From positions 20,015 through 52,014 of the forward strand of contig NZ_JBPJSP010000040.1 of NCBI RefSeq assembly GCF_051225715.1: a stretch of DNA of 32,000 nt, in the 5' to 3' direction. Shown here in pieces: positions 9,542 to 17,716 of this stretch (position 1 is its first letter; the number at the start of each line of letters is the position of its first letter). Under the pieces are notes generated by a model. The model was not told where the DNA came from, did no database searches, and saw only the letters and a program-made list of their open reading frames with translations. This DNA comes from Azospirillum sp. ST 5-10 (GTDB lineage Bacteria; Pseudomonadota; Alphaproteobacteria; Azospirillales; Azospirillaceae). A program made the position numbers and the translations under genes.

Positions 9542-9889
9542 TCACTGCTGTATAGCGCATGAATGGAGACGCCACGCGGCCCGGCCGACGTGCGGCAACG
9601 GCTTGATCGCGTCGAGGGCGTCGCCCAGCTCGGCGCGTGCGTTCTTCGTTTCGTAGAGGCTCTGCAGGTTGGTCCAGTAGCCGGGAGCGGTCCCGAACGC
9701 CTTCGCCAGGCGGAGCGCCATGGGAGCGGTGATCCGTCGTTGGCCGTTCGGGATCTCCGTCACCGCGTTCGGCGGAACGCCGATGTGCTCGGCGAAACGG
9801 CGGGCGCTCATCTCCAGCGCCTCCAGGTCGTCGCGCAGGATTTCACCCGGATGGATCGCCGGAAGACTGTCGATCGCGGGGCAAGTCAT
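9542..9889 (-). CDS. higA: HigA-family antitoxin (XRE HTH)
   Basis: Track ORF 9542..9901 begins at TTG; I use the ATG at residue 5 (MTCPAIDS). IHPGEILRDDLEALEMSARRFAEHIGVPPNAVTEIPNGQRRITAPMALRLAKAFGTAPGYWTNLQ is the HigA/VapI signature. Confidence 0.85.
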   Translation of the reverse strand: MTCPAIDSLPAIHPGEILRDDLEALEMSARRFAEHIGVPPNAVTEIPNGQRRITAPMALRLAKAFGTAPGYWTNLQSLYETKNARAELGDALDAIKPLPHVGRAAWRLHSCAIQQ

Positions 9890-9897
9890 GACCGGCC

Positions 9898-10110
9898 TCA
9901 ATGATCATCGGTGATCTCGACATCGTAGGCTTCACCCGGAAGCACCAACACGTCAACGTTGGCGCAGGCTTCCCCGATCGCGGCCCAGCGGAAACACACC
10001 CGCCACTGGGCATTGATCCTGATGCTGTATTGGCCGACACGATTGCCGTCGCAGGCGGCTGCGGCGACGACCCGCGGGGGCAGCCGTCCTGCGGCGTCCG
10101 CCCCGTGTCC
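9898..10110 (-). pseudogene. higB: higB (RelE/ParE-superfamily killer protein) remnant, N-terminally truncated
   Basis: Own translation of the minus frame ending at TGA 9900..9898: ...GRLPPRVVAAAACDGNRVGQYSIRINAQWRVCFRWAAIGEACANVDVLVLPGEAYDVEITDDH*. The GQYSIRINxQWRxCFRW...DVEIxDYH core is present. There is no start codon or N-terminal homology upstream, and the ORF track does not list it as an ORF. Confidence 0.5.
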
Positions 10111-10138
10111 TAAGCAGCTTTGCCCGGATTCGCCACGA

Positions 10139-10216
10139 TTGCCCCCACCCTCCCCACGGCTTCGCCGCGGCTCCCCTCCCTCCCCCGCTTCGCAGGGGAG
10201 GGAGGGGTGGGGGCAA
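10139..10216. repeat. nested GC-rich palindromic (REP-like) element
   Basis: Inner perfect 13-bp inverted repeat CCCCTCCCTCCCC (10173-10185) / GGGGAGGGAGGGG (10195-10207) with a 9-nt loop. Outer 12-bp arms TTGCCCCCACCC (10139-10150) / GGGTGGGGGCAA (10205-10216). Confidence 0.6.
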
Positions 10217-10264
10217 ACGTGTCGTGACCAACACCACTCCGCTTGGCGCGGCGGGGACCGTACG

Positions 10265-11737
10265 TCACGCCGCGCCGCCGGCCCAGGGGAGTGGCGCTTC
10301 GGCGAGGCTCCAGTACAGGCTCTTCTGGTTCATGTAGGCGCGGATGCCCTGGCGGCCCTTCTCGCGGCCGAGGCCGCTCTCCTTCACACCGCCGAACGGC
10401 GTGGAAATGCTGAACTGCTTGTAGGTGTTGATCCACACGGTGCCGGTGCGCAGGCGGCGCGCGACCCGCCAGATGCGGCGGTAGTCGGCCGACCAGATGC
10501 CGGCGGCGAGACCATAGACGCTGTCGTTGGCCTCGGCGATCAGGGCGTCCTCGTCGTCGAAGGGCAGCACGACCACGACTGGCCCGAAGATCTCCTCCTG
10601 GCAGACGCGCGCACGGTTGGACAGGCCGGCAATCACCGTGGGGAGGAGATAGCAGCCGGCCGCGTACTCCGCCCCCTCCGGCCGGGTGCCGCCGGCCAGG
10701 ACCTCGCCACCCTCCTCCACCGCCAGGCGGACGTACGCCTCGACGCCGTCGCGGTGGCGCGGATGGATCAGCGGCGCCACCTGGGTGCCCGGCCGCTCGG
10801 GATGGCCGACCCGCAGGCGCCGGGCGCCCGCCACCAGCCGCTCGACGAAGGCGTCGTAGACCGGCCGCTCGACGAACAGGCGCGAGCCAGCGATGCAGGA
10901 CTGGCCGCTGGAGCTGAAGATGCCGTAGAGGGCGCCGGCCACCGCGGCGTCGAGGTCGGCGTCGGCGAAGACGATGTTGGGCGACTTGCCGCCCAGCTCC
11001 AGGGACACCGGCATCAGCTTGTCGGCGGCGGCGTGGGCGATGCCGCGCCCGGTCGCGGTGCCGCCGGTGAACGAGACCTTGGCCACCAGCGGGTGGCGCA
11101 CCAGCGCGTCGCCGGCCACCGCGCCGGAGCCGGGCAGCGCCGAGAACAGGCCGGCCGGCAGCCCCGCCTCCTCGATCACGCGGGCCAGCTCCAGGCAGAC
11201 CAGCGGCGACCAGGCCGCCGGCTTCAGCACCACCGCGTTGCCGGCGGCCAGCGCCGGCGCCACCTTCTGGGCGTCGCTGGCGATCGGCGAGTTCCACGGC
11301 GTGATGGCGCCGACGACGCCGATCGGCTCGTGCAGGCTCATGGTCAGGCAGTCGCCGCGCGGCGGCGTCAGCTCCTCCTCCAGCGTCTCCAGCGCCGCCG
11401 CCATGTAGCGGAAGGTGCCGGCGGCGCTCGCCACCAGGGCGCGCGTCTCGGCCAGGGTCTTGCCGGTGTCGCGGGTCTGCACCCGGGCGATCTCCTCGGC
11501 CCGGCGCTCGATGCCGGCGGCGATGGCGGAGAGGTGGCGCGCCCGCTCGTGCGGCCGCAGGTCGCGCCAGGCCGGGTCGTCCATGGCCCGGCGGCCGGCC
11601 TCCACCGCCTCGGCCACGTCCTCGGCCGAGGCGCCCGCCACCTCGGCGTTGAGGCTGCCGTCGGCCGGGAAGTGGGAGGCGATGGTCTCGCCCCGCCCCT
11701 CGCGCCAGCGGCCGGCGATGAAGATCGGCTTGCCCAT
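10265..11737 (-). CDS. NAD(P)-dependent aldehyde dehydrogenase
   Basis: Track ORF 10265..11797 starts at TTG. I prefer ATG at residue 21 (MGKPIFIAGRW) preceded by GGGAGG. Motifs ELGGKSP and catalytic Cys GQSCIAGSR. Confidence 0.9.
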   Translation of the reverse strand: MGKPIFIAGRWREGRGETIASHFPADGSLNAEVAGASAEDVAEAVEAGRRAMDDPAWRDLRPHERARHLSAIAAGIERRAEEIARVQTRDTGKTLAETRALVASAAGTFRYMAAALETLEEELTPPRGDCLTMSLHEPIGVVGAITPWNSPIASDAQKVAPALAAGNAVVLKPAAWSPLVCLELARVIEEAGLPAGLFSALPGSGAVAGDALVRHPLVAKVSFTGGTATGRGIAHAAADKLMPVSLELGGKSPNIVFADADLDAAVAGALYGIFSSSGQSCIAGSRLFVERPVYDAFVERLVAGARRLRVGHPERPGTQVAPLIHPRHRDGVEAYVRLAVEEGGEVLAGGTRPEGAEYAAGCYLLPTVIAGLSNRARVCQEEIFGPVVVVLPFDDEDALIAEANDSVYGLAAGIWSADYRRIWRVARRLRTGTVWINTYKQFSISTPFGGVKESGLGREKGRQGIRAYMNQKSLYWSLAEAPLPWAGGAA

Positions 11738-11793
11738 GGTGGCCTCCCGGTCCGATGAGGATGGTTCAGACGGCGCCCGTCGAATGGCGCCGG

Positions 11794-12600
11794 TCAAATG
11801 GCGATGACGGCGTCGAGGTTGAGGAGCGACCGCGCGACGCTGAGCGCGGTCAGCATGGAGGTCTTCGGGTTGTCCGGGTCCGGCCGCCCTTCGAGGCGGA
11901 TGGCGATGCGCCCGCTGGCGCCCTCGGCCTCGATCTCGTGCACGTTGCCGGGGGCGGCCGGGTCGGCCACCAGCTCCACCGCCGTGTCGGCGAAGCCGAG
12001 CCCGGCCAGCGCCACCGTCGCCGCCACGTTGGCGTTCTTCGGGTAGCGCAGGGCGGCCTCGGCGGCGCTGCCGCGGTAGAAGGTCAGCGGCTCCTCCAGC
12101 CGGTCGAGATCGGCCGCCGCCTCGGCCGGGGAGCCCTTCCAGGCCGCCGGCGGCTTGCGCGAGCGGTAGGTGACCCGGGCCAGCCCGGACACCCGCATGG
12201 CGGCGATGGCGTCGATGCCGCCGACGGCGCCGGCCGGCAGCAGGACGCGCCGCCCCGCCGCCCGCGCCGCCTCCGTCAGCCGGCCATGGAGCGCCGGGTC
12301 GGCCAGCGCGCCGACCGAGATGACCAGCAGGTCGCAGCCGGCCGCCAGCACCGCCGGCCCGTGCTCGGCGACGGCGCCCTGCCCCGCCACCTCGGCGACG
12401 ACGTCGGGGCGGCGCGCCAGCAGATCGTCGAGGCGGTCGACCGCGTCCATCTCCCCGGCCCCCCCCTCGGCGCGCAGCGCCGCCGCGCGCGCCGGCGAGA
12501 CGAGGACGCCGACCAGGGAGTCGGCGCGGCCGGCCGCCCGAAGGTGCCGGGCGACGGCGCGGCCGATGGCGCCGTAGCCGATCAGGGCGATGCGGGTCAT
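11794..12600 (-). CDS. aspartate dehydrogenase-like (NadX family) amino-acid dehydrogenase
   Basis: 268 aa. Rossmann fold IALIGYGAIGRAV. C-terminal domain with AAMRVSGL...YRSRKPPAAW...NVHEIEAEG typical of L-aspartate dehydrogenases. Its ATG overlaps the TPP gene stop (ATGA). Confidence 0.8.
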   Translation of the reverse strand: MTRIALIGYGAIGRAVARHLRAAGRADSLVGVLVSPARAAALRAEGGAGEMDAVDRLDDLLARRPDVVAEVAGQGAVAEHGPAVLAAGCDLLVISVGALADPALHGRLTEAARAAGRRVLLPAGAVGGIDAIAAMRVSGLARVTYRSRKPPAAWKGSPAEAAADLDRLEEPLTFYRGSAAEAALRYPKNANVAATVALAGLGFADTAVELVADPAAPGNVHEIEAEGASGRIAIRLEGRPDPDNPKTSMLTALSVARSLLNLDAVIAI

Positions 12601-14318
12601 GGCTCAGCCCCCCGCACGGTGACCGGCGGACCGGCGAACCGGATGCCGAAGGCGCCGACGGCGGCCATGTCGACCTCGACCATCCGCGGCCCCCCGCCGC
12701 GGACCGCGGCGCCGACGACGTCGGCGAAGGCGGCGGCGCTGTCGACGCGGGCGTAGGGCAGATCGTAGGCGGCGGCGATCCGGGCGAAGTCGGGGTTGCG
12801 CAGGTCGGTGTACATGCGCCGCGCCCCGTAGGCCGCGTCCTGGATGTTGCGGATGACGCCGTAGCCGCCGTCGTTCATGACGATCAGGGTGACGTCGGCC
12901 GCCTCCTCGACCAGGGTGCCGAGCTCGCCCAGGCAGAGCTGCAGGGCGCCGTCGCCGGTGATGGCGACGGTCCGGCGCCCGGACGCGACGGCGGCGCCGA
13001 TGGCATGGGGCAGGCCCTGGCCGATGCCGCCGCCGGCGGCGTGCACCGCCTGCCCCGGCGCGCGCAGCACCGGCGAGCGGTTGCCCCAGATGGAGTTGGA
13101 CAGCGTGATGTCGCGCACCCACAGCGCACCGCCGTCGACGGCCGCGGCGACGGCGTCGCGCAGCGCCGCGTAGGGGCCCATCTGGCGCACCAGATCGGCC
13201 TCCGCCGCGGCGCGCGCCGCGGCCACGGCGTCCGGCCAGTCCGCCGCGGCGCGCCAGCCGTCCTCCAGCGCGTCGGCGAGGACGTCGAGCACCAGCGCGG
13301 CGTCGCCCTGCACGAAGCCGTCGCCGGGATAGCCGCGGCCGTCCGCCCGCGGATCGACGTCGACGCGCAGCAGCGGGCTCGGCAGGCGCAGCCCGTAGGT
13401 GCGGGTCTCGTTGCTGCGCAGGTGGGTGCCGGCGACCAGCATCAGGTCGGCGCGCCCGTAGAGCTCGGCCACCGCCGGCGCCGCGGTGTAGGCGGCGAGG
13501 CTCATGGCATGGTCCTCCGGCAGGATGCCGCGGCCGCTGACGCTGGAGAGCACGCCGACGCCGAGGTCGGCCAGCCGCCGCACCGCCGCTCCGGCATGGC
13601 GGGCGCCGCCGCCGACCCACAGCAGCGGCCGCCGGCTGGCGAGCAGCCGCACCGCCAGCCAGGCGACGTCGGCGGGCGCCGGCCGCACCGGGTCGGGCGG
13701 CGTCACCGCCAGGGACTCCGGCACCGCCGCCATGGCCTTCTGCACGTCGATCGGGATCTCCACGCTGACCGGCCCGGTGGGGGCGGCGAGCGCGGCGCGG
13801 ATCGCCGCGCGCATCACCGGCACCGCCTCGTCCGCCCGGGTCACGCGGAAGAACGCCTTGGACGCGGCGGCGAGCGTGCCCGGCTGGTCCGCCGCCTCGT
13901 GGATGAAGCCCCAGCCGCGGTCCAGGTAGGGACTGTCGATCTGGCCGGTGAGGTGGATCATCGGCGTGCCGGCGGTCATCGCCTCGACCAGCGCGCCGAC
14001 GCCGTTGCCCGCCCCGGTGCCGGTGCTGGTGACGGCCAGGGTCAGGTGTCCCGAGACGCGGGCGGCGGCGTCGGCCATGTTGACCGCCCCCGCCTCGCCG
14101 CGCGCCGTGACGAAGCGGATCGCCCCGCGCCGGCCGATGGCGTCGAGGATCGGCATGTTGTGCAGGCTGATGACGCCGAACGCCGTCGCCACGCCGGCCG
14201 CCTCCAGCATCGCGACGACCAGGTCGCCGACGGCGGCGGTGGCGTTCCCCGTCGCGTGCGGGGCGAGGTCCTTGGGCATCGCGGGCTCCGTGGTGAGGGT
14301 GGGCTCGGACAGGGTCAT
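12597..14318 (-). CDS. thiamine-diphosphate-dependent enzyme (acetolactate synthase / 2-oxoacid decarboxylase superfamily)
   Basis: The real gene is the last 573 aa of the 824-aa track ORF, starting MTLSEPTLTT at ATG 14318. Its ATG overlaps the hydrolase stop (ATGA). TPP motif GDGALQ...VMNDGGYG. N-terminal Pyr domain GVISLHNMPILDA...ARGEAGAVNMADA. Confidence 0.85.
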   Translation of the reverse strand: MTLSEPTLTTEPAMPKDLAPHATGNATAAVGDLVVAMLEAAGVATAFGVISLHNMPILDAIGRRGAIRFVTARGEAGAVNMADAAARVSGHLTLAVTSTGTGAGNGVGALVEAMTAGTPMIHLTGQIDSPYLDRGWGFIHEAADQPGTLAAASKAFFRVTRADEAVPVMRAAIRAALAAPTGPVSVEIPIDVQKAMAAVPESLAVTPPDPVRPAPADVAWLAVRLLASRRPLLWVGGGARHAGAAVRRLADLGVGVLSSVSGRGILPEDHAMSLAAYTAAPAVAELYGRADLMLVAGTHLRSNETRTYGLRLPSPLLRVDVDPRADGRGYPGDGFVQGDAALVLDVLADALEDGWRAAADWPDAVAAARAAAEADLVRQMGPYAALRDAVAAAVDGGALWVRDITLSNSIWGNRSPVLRAPGQAVHAAGGGIGQGLPHAIGAAVASGRRTVAITGDGALQLCLGELGTLVEEAADVTLIVMNDGGYGVIRNIQDAAYGARRMYTDLRNPDFARIAAAYDLPYARVDSAAAFADVVGAAVRGGGPRMVEVDMAAVGAFGIRFAGPPVTVRGAEP

Positions 14319-15139
14319 CGGACCGTCTCCAGGAAGGACAGCACGGGGGCGGCGTAGGCGGCGGGGTCCTCGGCGTAGCCGGCGTGCCCGACCCCGGGGA
14401 TCTCGGCGTACGTCGCCCCCGGGAAGGCGGCGGCGACGCGGCGCGCCGTTTCCGGCGGCACCACCGCGTCGAGGGCGCCGCAGGTGACGAGGCCGGGCAG
14501 CCGCAACCCCGCCACCGCCGCCGCCAGGGCGCCGCGGGCGAGCAGCGAACAGGCGCCGGCGTAGCCCGCCGGCCGCACCTCGGCCATGGCGCGGCGCACC
14601 GCCGCCACCGCCGCGGGCGCCGCGCCGGGGGCGCACAGGCGGCCGGCCCGCCGCTCGGCGAAGACCTCCGGCCCCAGCGCGCGCAGATCGCCGAGGCGGT
14701 CGGCGACGGCGGCCGGCCAGGGGGCGTCGGGCGGCAGCCCGTGGCCCGGCGCCGGATCGGCCAGCACCAGGGCGGCCGCCCGCCGCGGGTGACGGTCGGC
14801 CAGCGCCGCCGCTACCATAGCGCCCAGCGAATGGCCGAGCACGACGGCGCCCGCCACGTCCAGCGCCCCCAGGAGGGCGTCCAGCGCGTCGGCGTAGTCG
14901 GCCGGCCCCGGCCGTTCCTGCGCCAGCGGGTCGGAGCCGCCGTAGCCCGGGGCGTCCCAGGCGATCACCCGCCGGTGCGCCAGGAGCGGCAGCAGGGGCT
15001 GCCAGGACCCGGCGTTGGAGCCGATGCCGTGCAGCAGGACCAGCGGCGCTCCCTGCCCCGCCTCGATCCACGACAGCGTCCGGCCGCCGATGGCGAGGTG
15101 GCGCCGCGGCGCGGCGGCGCTGCGCACGGGGGCCGTCAT
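14315..15139 (-). CDS. alpha/beta-fold hydrolase
   Basis: 274 aa. Oxyanion region LVLLHGIGSNAGSW. Nucleophile elbow GHSLGAMVA. C-terminal IPGVGHAGYAEDP. Its start shares 1 nt with the SDR stop (TGATG). Confidence 0.85.
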   Translation of the reverse strand: MTAPVRSAAAPRRHLAIGGRTLSWIEAGQGAPLVLLHGIGSNAGSWQPLLPLLAHRRVIAWDAPGYGGSDPLAQERPGPADYADALDALLGALDVAGAVVLGHSLGAMVAAALADRHPRRAAALVLADPAPGHGLPPDAPWPAAVADRLGDLRALGPEVFAERRAGRLCAPGAAPAAVAAVRRAMAEVRPAGYAGACSLLARGALAAAVAGLRLPGLVTCGALDAVVPPETARRVAAAFPGATYAEIPGVGHAGYAEDPAAYAAPVLSFLETVR

Positions 15140-15888
15140 CAGGTGAACACGAAGCCGCCGTTCACCGGCAAGGTCTGGCCGGTGACGAAGGACGCCGCGT
15201 CCGACAGCAGGAAGACGGCGGAGCCGACGACGTCGCCCGGGACCTGCGCCCGGGTGATGGCCCGCCCGTTCTCATAGAGGGCGTGGCGTTCCGCCGGCAC
15301 GTACTCCGTCGCCTCCACCTTGGTGAGGCCGACCGCGAGCGCGTTGACCCAGATGCCCTTGGTCCCGAGCTCGCGGGCCAGCGAGCGGGTCATCGAGATC
15401 ACCGCCCCCTTGCTGGCGACGTAGTGCAGCAGGCGCGGCGCCCCCCACAGCGCGGTGTCGGAGGCGAGATTGACGATGCCGCCGCCGCGGTCCATCAGCG
15501 GCACCAGCGCCTTCACCACCAGCCAGACGCCGCGGACGTTGACCCGCAGCACCCGGTCGAAGGTGTCGACGTCGATCTCGTCGAAGGTCTTGCCGCCGAT
15601 GCCGGTGGCGATGGCGGCGTTGTTGACCAGGCCGTCGATCCGCCCCGCCCGTTCCCGCACGGCGGCGGCGAAGGCGTCGACGCTGTCGGGCTCGCCGACA
15701 TCCAGCGGCAGCGCCTCGGCGGCGAATCCCTGCGCCGTCAGGTCGGCGACGGCGGCGGCGGCGAGATCGTCGCGCAGCTCGCCGACGATGACGCGGGCGC
15801 CGGCCGCGCAGCACGCCTCGGCGAAGGCACGGCCGAGGCCGCGGCCGGCGCCGGTGACGACGATGGTCTTGCCGTCGAGCGCACCCAT
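15139..15888 (-). CDS. classical short-chain dehydrogenase/reductase
   Basis: Track ORF 15139..16020. Start moved to MGALDGKTIVVTGAGRGLGRA (residue 45) preceded by AAGGAGG. Motifs TGxxxGxG, NNAA and YVASK (YxxxK) are present. Confidence 0.9.
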   Translation of the reverse strand: MGALDGKTIVVTGAGRGLGRAFAEACCAAGARVIVGELRDDLAAAAVADLTAQGFAAEALPLDVGEPDSVDAFAAAVRERAGRIDGLVNNAAIATGIGGKTFDEIDVDTFDRVLRVNVRGVWLVVKALVPLMDRGGGIVNLASDTALWGAPRLLHYVASKGAVISMTRSLARELGTKGIWVNALAVGLTKVEATEYVPAERHALYENGRAITRAQVPGDVVGSAVFLLSDAASFVTGQTLPVNGGFVFT

Positions 15889-15911
15889 GTCCGTGCCTCC
15901 TTCGTCCCGCC

Positions 15912-16514
15912 TCAGCCCTGGGCGGCCTTGCGGCGCAGCCGCTCCGCCTTGGCGCGAGCGATGGGGTGGTCGTCGGGATAGTCCGGCAGGTCGGGCTTGT
16001 TGTTGCCGAGCATGACGCACATCAGCGACTCCTCCTGGCTCTCGTTGCGCAGGCCGCGGTAGACGCCGGGCGGCACGGAGATGACGTCGCGCTCGTTAAG
16101 GCGGGTCTCCCAGGTCTCGCCCTCGTACTCGAAGAACAGGACGATGCCGCGGCCGCGCAGGATAAAGAACGCCTCCTCCACATCGTGGTGGACGTGCAGC
16201 GGCCCCTCGCAGCCGGCCGGCAGGATCATCGTGGAGAAGGTGAAGTGCTCGGCCGGGATGGTGTTGGTGTCGCTGGCGACCCCGGCCGCCCCGGTGCCGA
16301 TGTAGCGGGTCTGGGCGCGGCGGTACTTGGGATCGACCTCGGCCTGCCAGGCCAGCGCGTTCCAGTCGTAGGTGCGGGTCTCGTGCTGGGCGATGCGGGT
16401 CTTCAGCCAGTCGCCGAGCGACGCGCCGGCAGGCTTCTTCCAGGTCGGGAACTCGGGATTCTCCTGCGACGGGATCGGCACCTCGGGGGCGGCGGTCTTC
16501 ACGGCAGCGCTCAT
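15912..16514 (-). CDS. cupin-domain protein (putative metal-dependent oxygenase, isomerase or decarboxylase)
   Basis: Track ORF 15912..16517 (GTG). ATG at 16514 lies 7 nt after AGGAGG. Cupin motif 1 GCEGPLHVHHDVEEAFFILRG. Motif 2 reads PPGVYRGLRN, with Arg where the usual His sits. Confidence 0.75.
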   Translation of the reverse strand: MSAAVKTAAPEVPIPSQENPEFPTWKKPAGASLGDWLKTRIAQHETRTYDWNALAWQAEVDPKYRRAQTRYIGTGAAGVASDTNTIPAEHFTFSTMILPAGCEGPLHVHHDVEEAFFILRGRGIVLFFEYEGETWETRLNERDVISVPPGVYRGLRNESQEESLMCVMLGNNKPDLPDYPDDHPIARAKAERLRRKAAQG

Positions 16515-16560
16515 CACGGGACCTCCTGCTGGGCCGGCGCGTCTCGCTTCGCCCGAGGGC

Positions 16561-16595
16561 GTTTCATATATGAGACGTGCGTTTTGATATGAAAC
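16561..16595. promoter_or_regulatory. operator-like palindrome GTTTCA-TATA-TGAGAC plus 9-bp inverted repeat GTTTCATAT/ATATGAAAC
   Basis: AT-rich segment in the 169-nt divergent region between the cupin operon (start 16514) and the SDR gene (16684). Core at 16561-16576; arms at 16561-16569 and 16587-16595. Same palindrome type as 24683-24698. Confidence 0.5.
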
Positions 16596-16683
16596 ATGCT
16601 AGAGAGGTCGGGCGGGCGCGTCAAGGGTTTCGACCGTGCGCACCGTCCACCTGCACCACCGGCACGAGGGGGAGGCTCCGGCG

Positions 16684-17463
16684 ATGGATCTCGGGTTGAA
16701 GGGCCGCACGGCGATCGTCTGCGCCGCCAGCCGCGGCCTCGGGCGCGCCTGCGCCGAGGCGCTGGCGGCCGAAGGAGCGGAGATCCTGCTGGTGGCCCGC
16801 ACGGCGGGGCCGCTGGAGGAGGCGGCCGCCGCGATCGCCGGCGCCCACGGCGCCACGGTGCGCTGGGTGGCGGCCGACGTGGCGACCGACGCCGGCATCG
16901 CCGCCGTCGTCGACGCCTGCCCCGATCCCGACATCCTGGTGAACAACGCCGGCGGCCCGCCGCCCGGCGACTTCCGCGACTGGGACCGCGCCGCCTGGCA
17001 CCGGGCGCTGGACGCCAACATGCTGTCGGCGGTCCTGCTCGTCCGGGCGACGGTGGACGGGATGAGCGCCCGCGGCTTCGGGCGCATCGTCAACATCACC
17101 TCCTCGGCGGTGCGGGCACCGCTGCCGATCCTCGGCCTCTCCAACGGCGCGCGCGCCGGCCTCACCGGCTTCGTCGCCGGCCTGGCGCGCGAGGTCGCCC
17201 GGCACGGGGTGACGGTCAACAACCTGCTGCCGGGCACCTTCGACACCGGCCGCCTGCAGGCCAACTTCGAGGCGCGCGCCGCCCGCGAGGGCCGCCCGGT
17301 CGAGGAGGTCCGCGCCGCGTCGCGCCGCGCCAACCCGACCGGCCGTTTCGGCGACCCGGCGGAACTGGGCGCGCTGTGCGCCTATCTCTGCAGCCCGCAG
17401 GCGGGCTACATCAACGGCCAGAACATCGTGCTGGACGGCGGGGCGCACAGCTCGCTGGCGTGA
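16684..17463 (+). CDS. atypical SDR-like oxidoreductase (BKR-like subgroup)
   Basis: Track ORF 16636..17463. Start moved to MDLGLKGRTAIVCAASRGLG (residue 17) after GGGGGAGG. The SDR fold is clear, but the YxxxK position reads LSNGAR. Confidence 0.8.
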   Translation: MDLGLKGRTAIVCAASRGLGRACAEALAAEGAEILLVARTAGPLEEAAAAIAGAHGATVRWVAADVATDAGIAAVVDACPDPDILVNNAGGPPPGDFRDWDRAAWHRALDANMLSAVLLVRATVDGMSARGFGRIVNITSSAVRAPLPILGLSNGARAGLTGFVAGLAREVARHGVTVNNLLPGTFDTGRLQANFEARAAREGRPVEEVRAASRRANPTGRFGDPAELGALCAYLCSPQAGYINGQNIVLDGGAHSSLA

Positions 17464-17669
17464 GGGATGGCGTGGCCACGCCGGGCATGCACCGTCGGGG
17501 CTGTGCCGGCCGGATTTTCGCCGCCGTCGGTGATGGGGAAACTAAGATGCGCAAGGCCGGCGCCGAGGGCGTGAGGCATTGCATCGGCTTCGGCCAGGGG
17601 CGGTGCACGTCATGCAGGCATGGACGTTAAAGACCGTTCTGTAGAAAACCTGGGGGTGCAAGGCAATCT

Positions 17670-17716
17670 GTTGGAATGATTGACAACAGGCTGCCGGTGT
17701 TGGTACATTTTCCAAC
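17670..17716 (+). promoter_or_regulatory. putative sigma70-type promoter bracketed by 7-bp inverted repeat
   Basis: TTGACA (17680-17685), 18-nt spacer, TACATT (17704-17709). Inverted repeat GTTGGAA (17670-17676) / TTCCAAC (17710-17716) ends directly at ATG 17717. Confidence 0.4.

Noticed and set aside
9843-10237. Track ORFs 9843..10040 (-), 9953..10237 (-) and 9901..10113 (+), considered as a possible full-length higB or other gene
   Set aside because: None shows HigB-like or other recognisable sequence. HigB homology is found only in the third minus frame, ending at 9898, and that frame lacks a start.
14319-15071. N-terminal 251 residues of the 824-aa track ORF 12597..15071
   Set aside because: This part overlaps the alpha/beta hydrolase gene in another frame and is low-complexity Arg/Gly/Pro. 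The TPP enzyme has a natural start at ATG 14318 that overlaps the hydrolase stop (ATGA).
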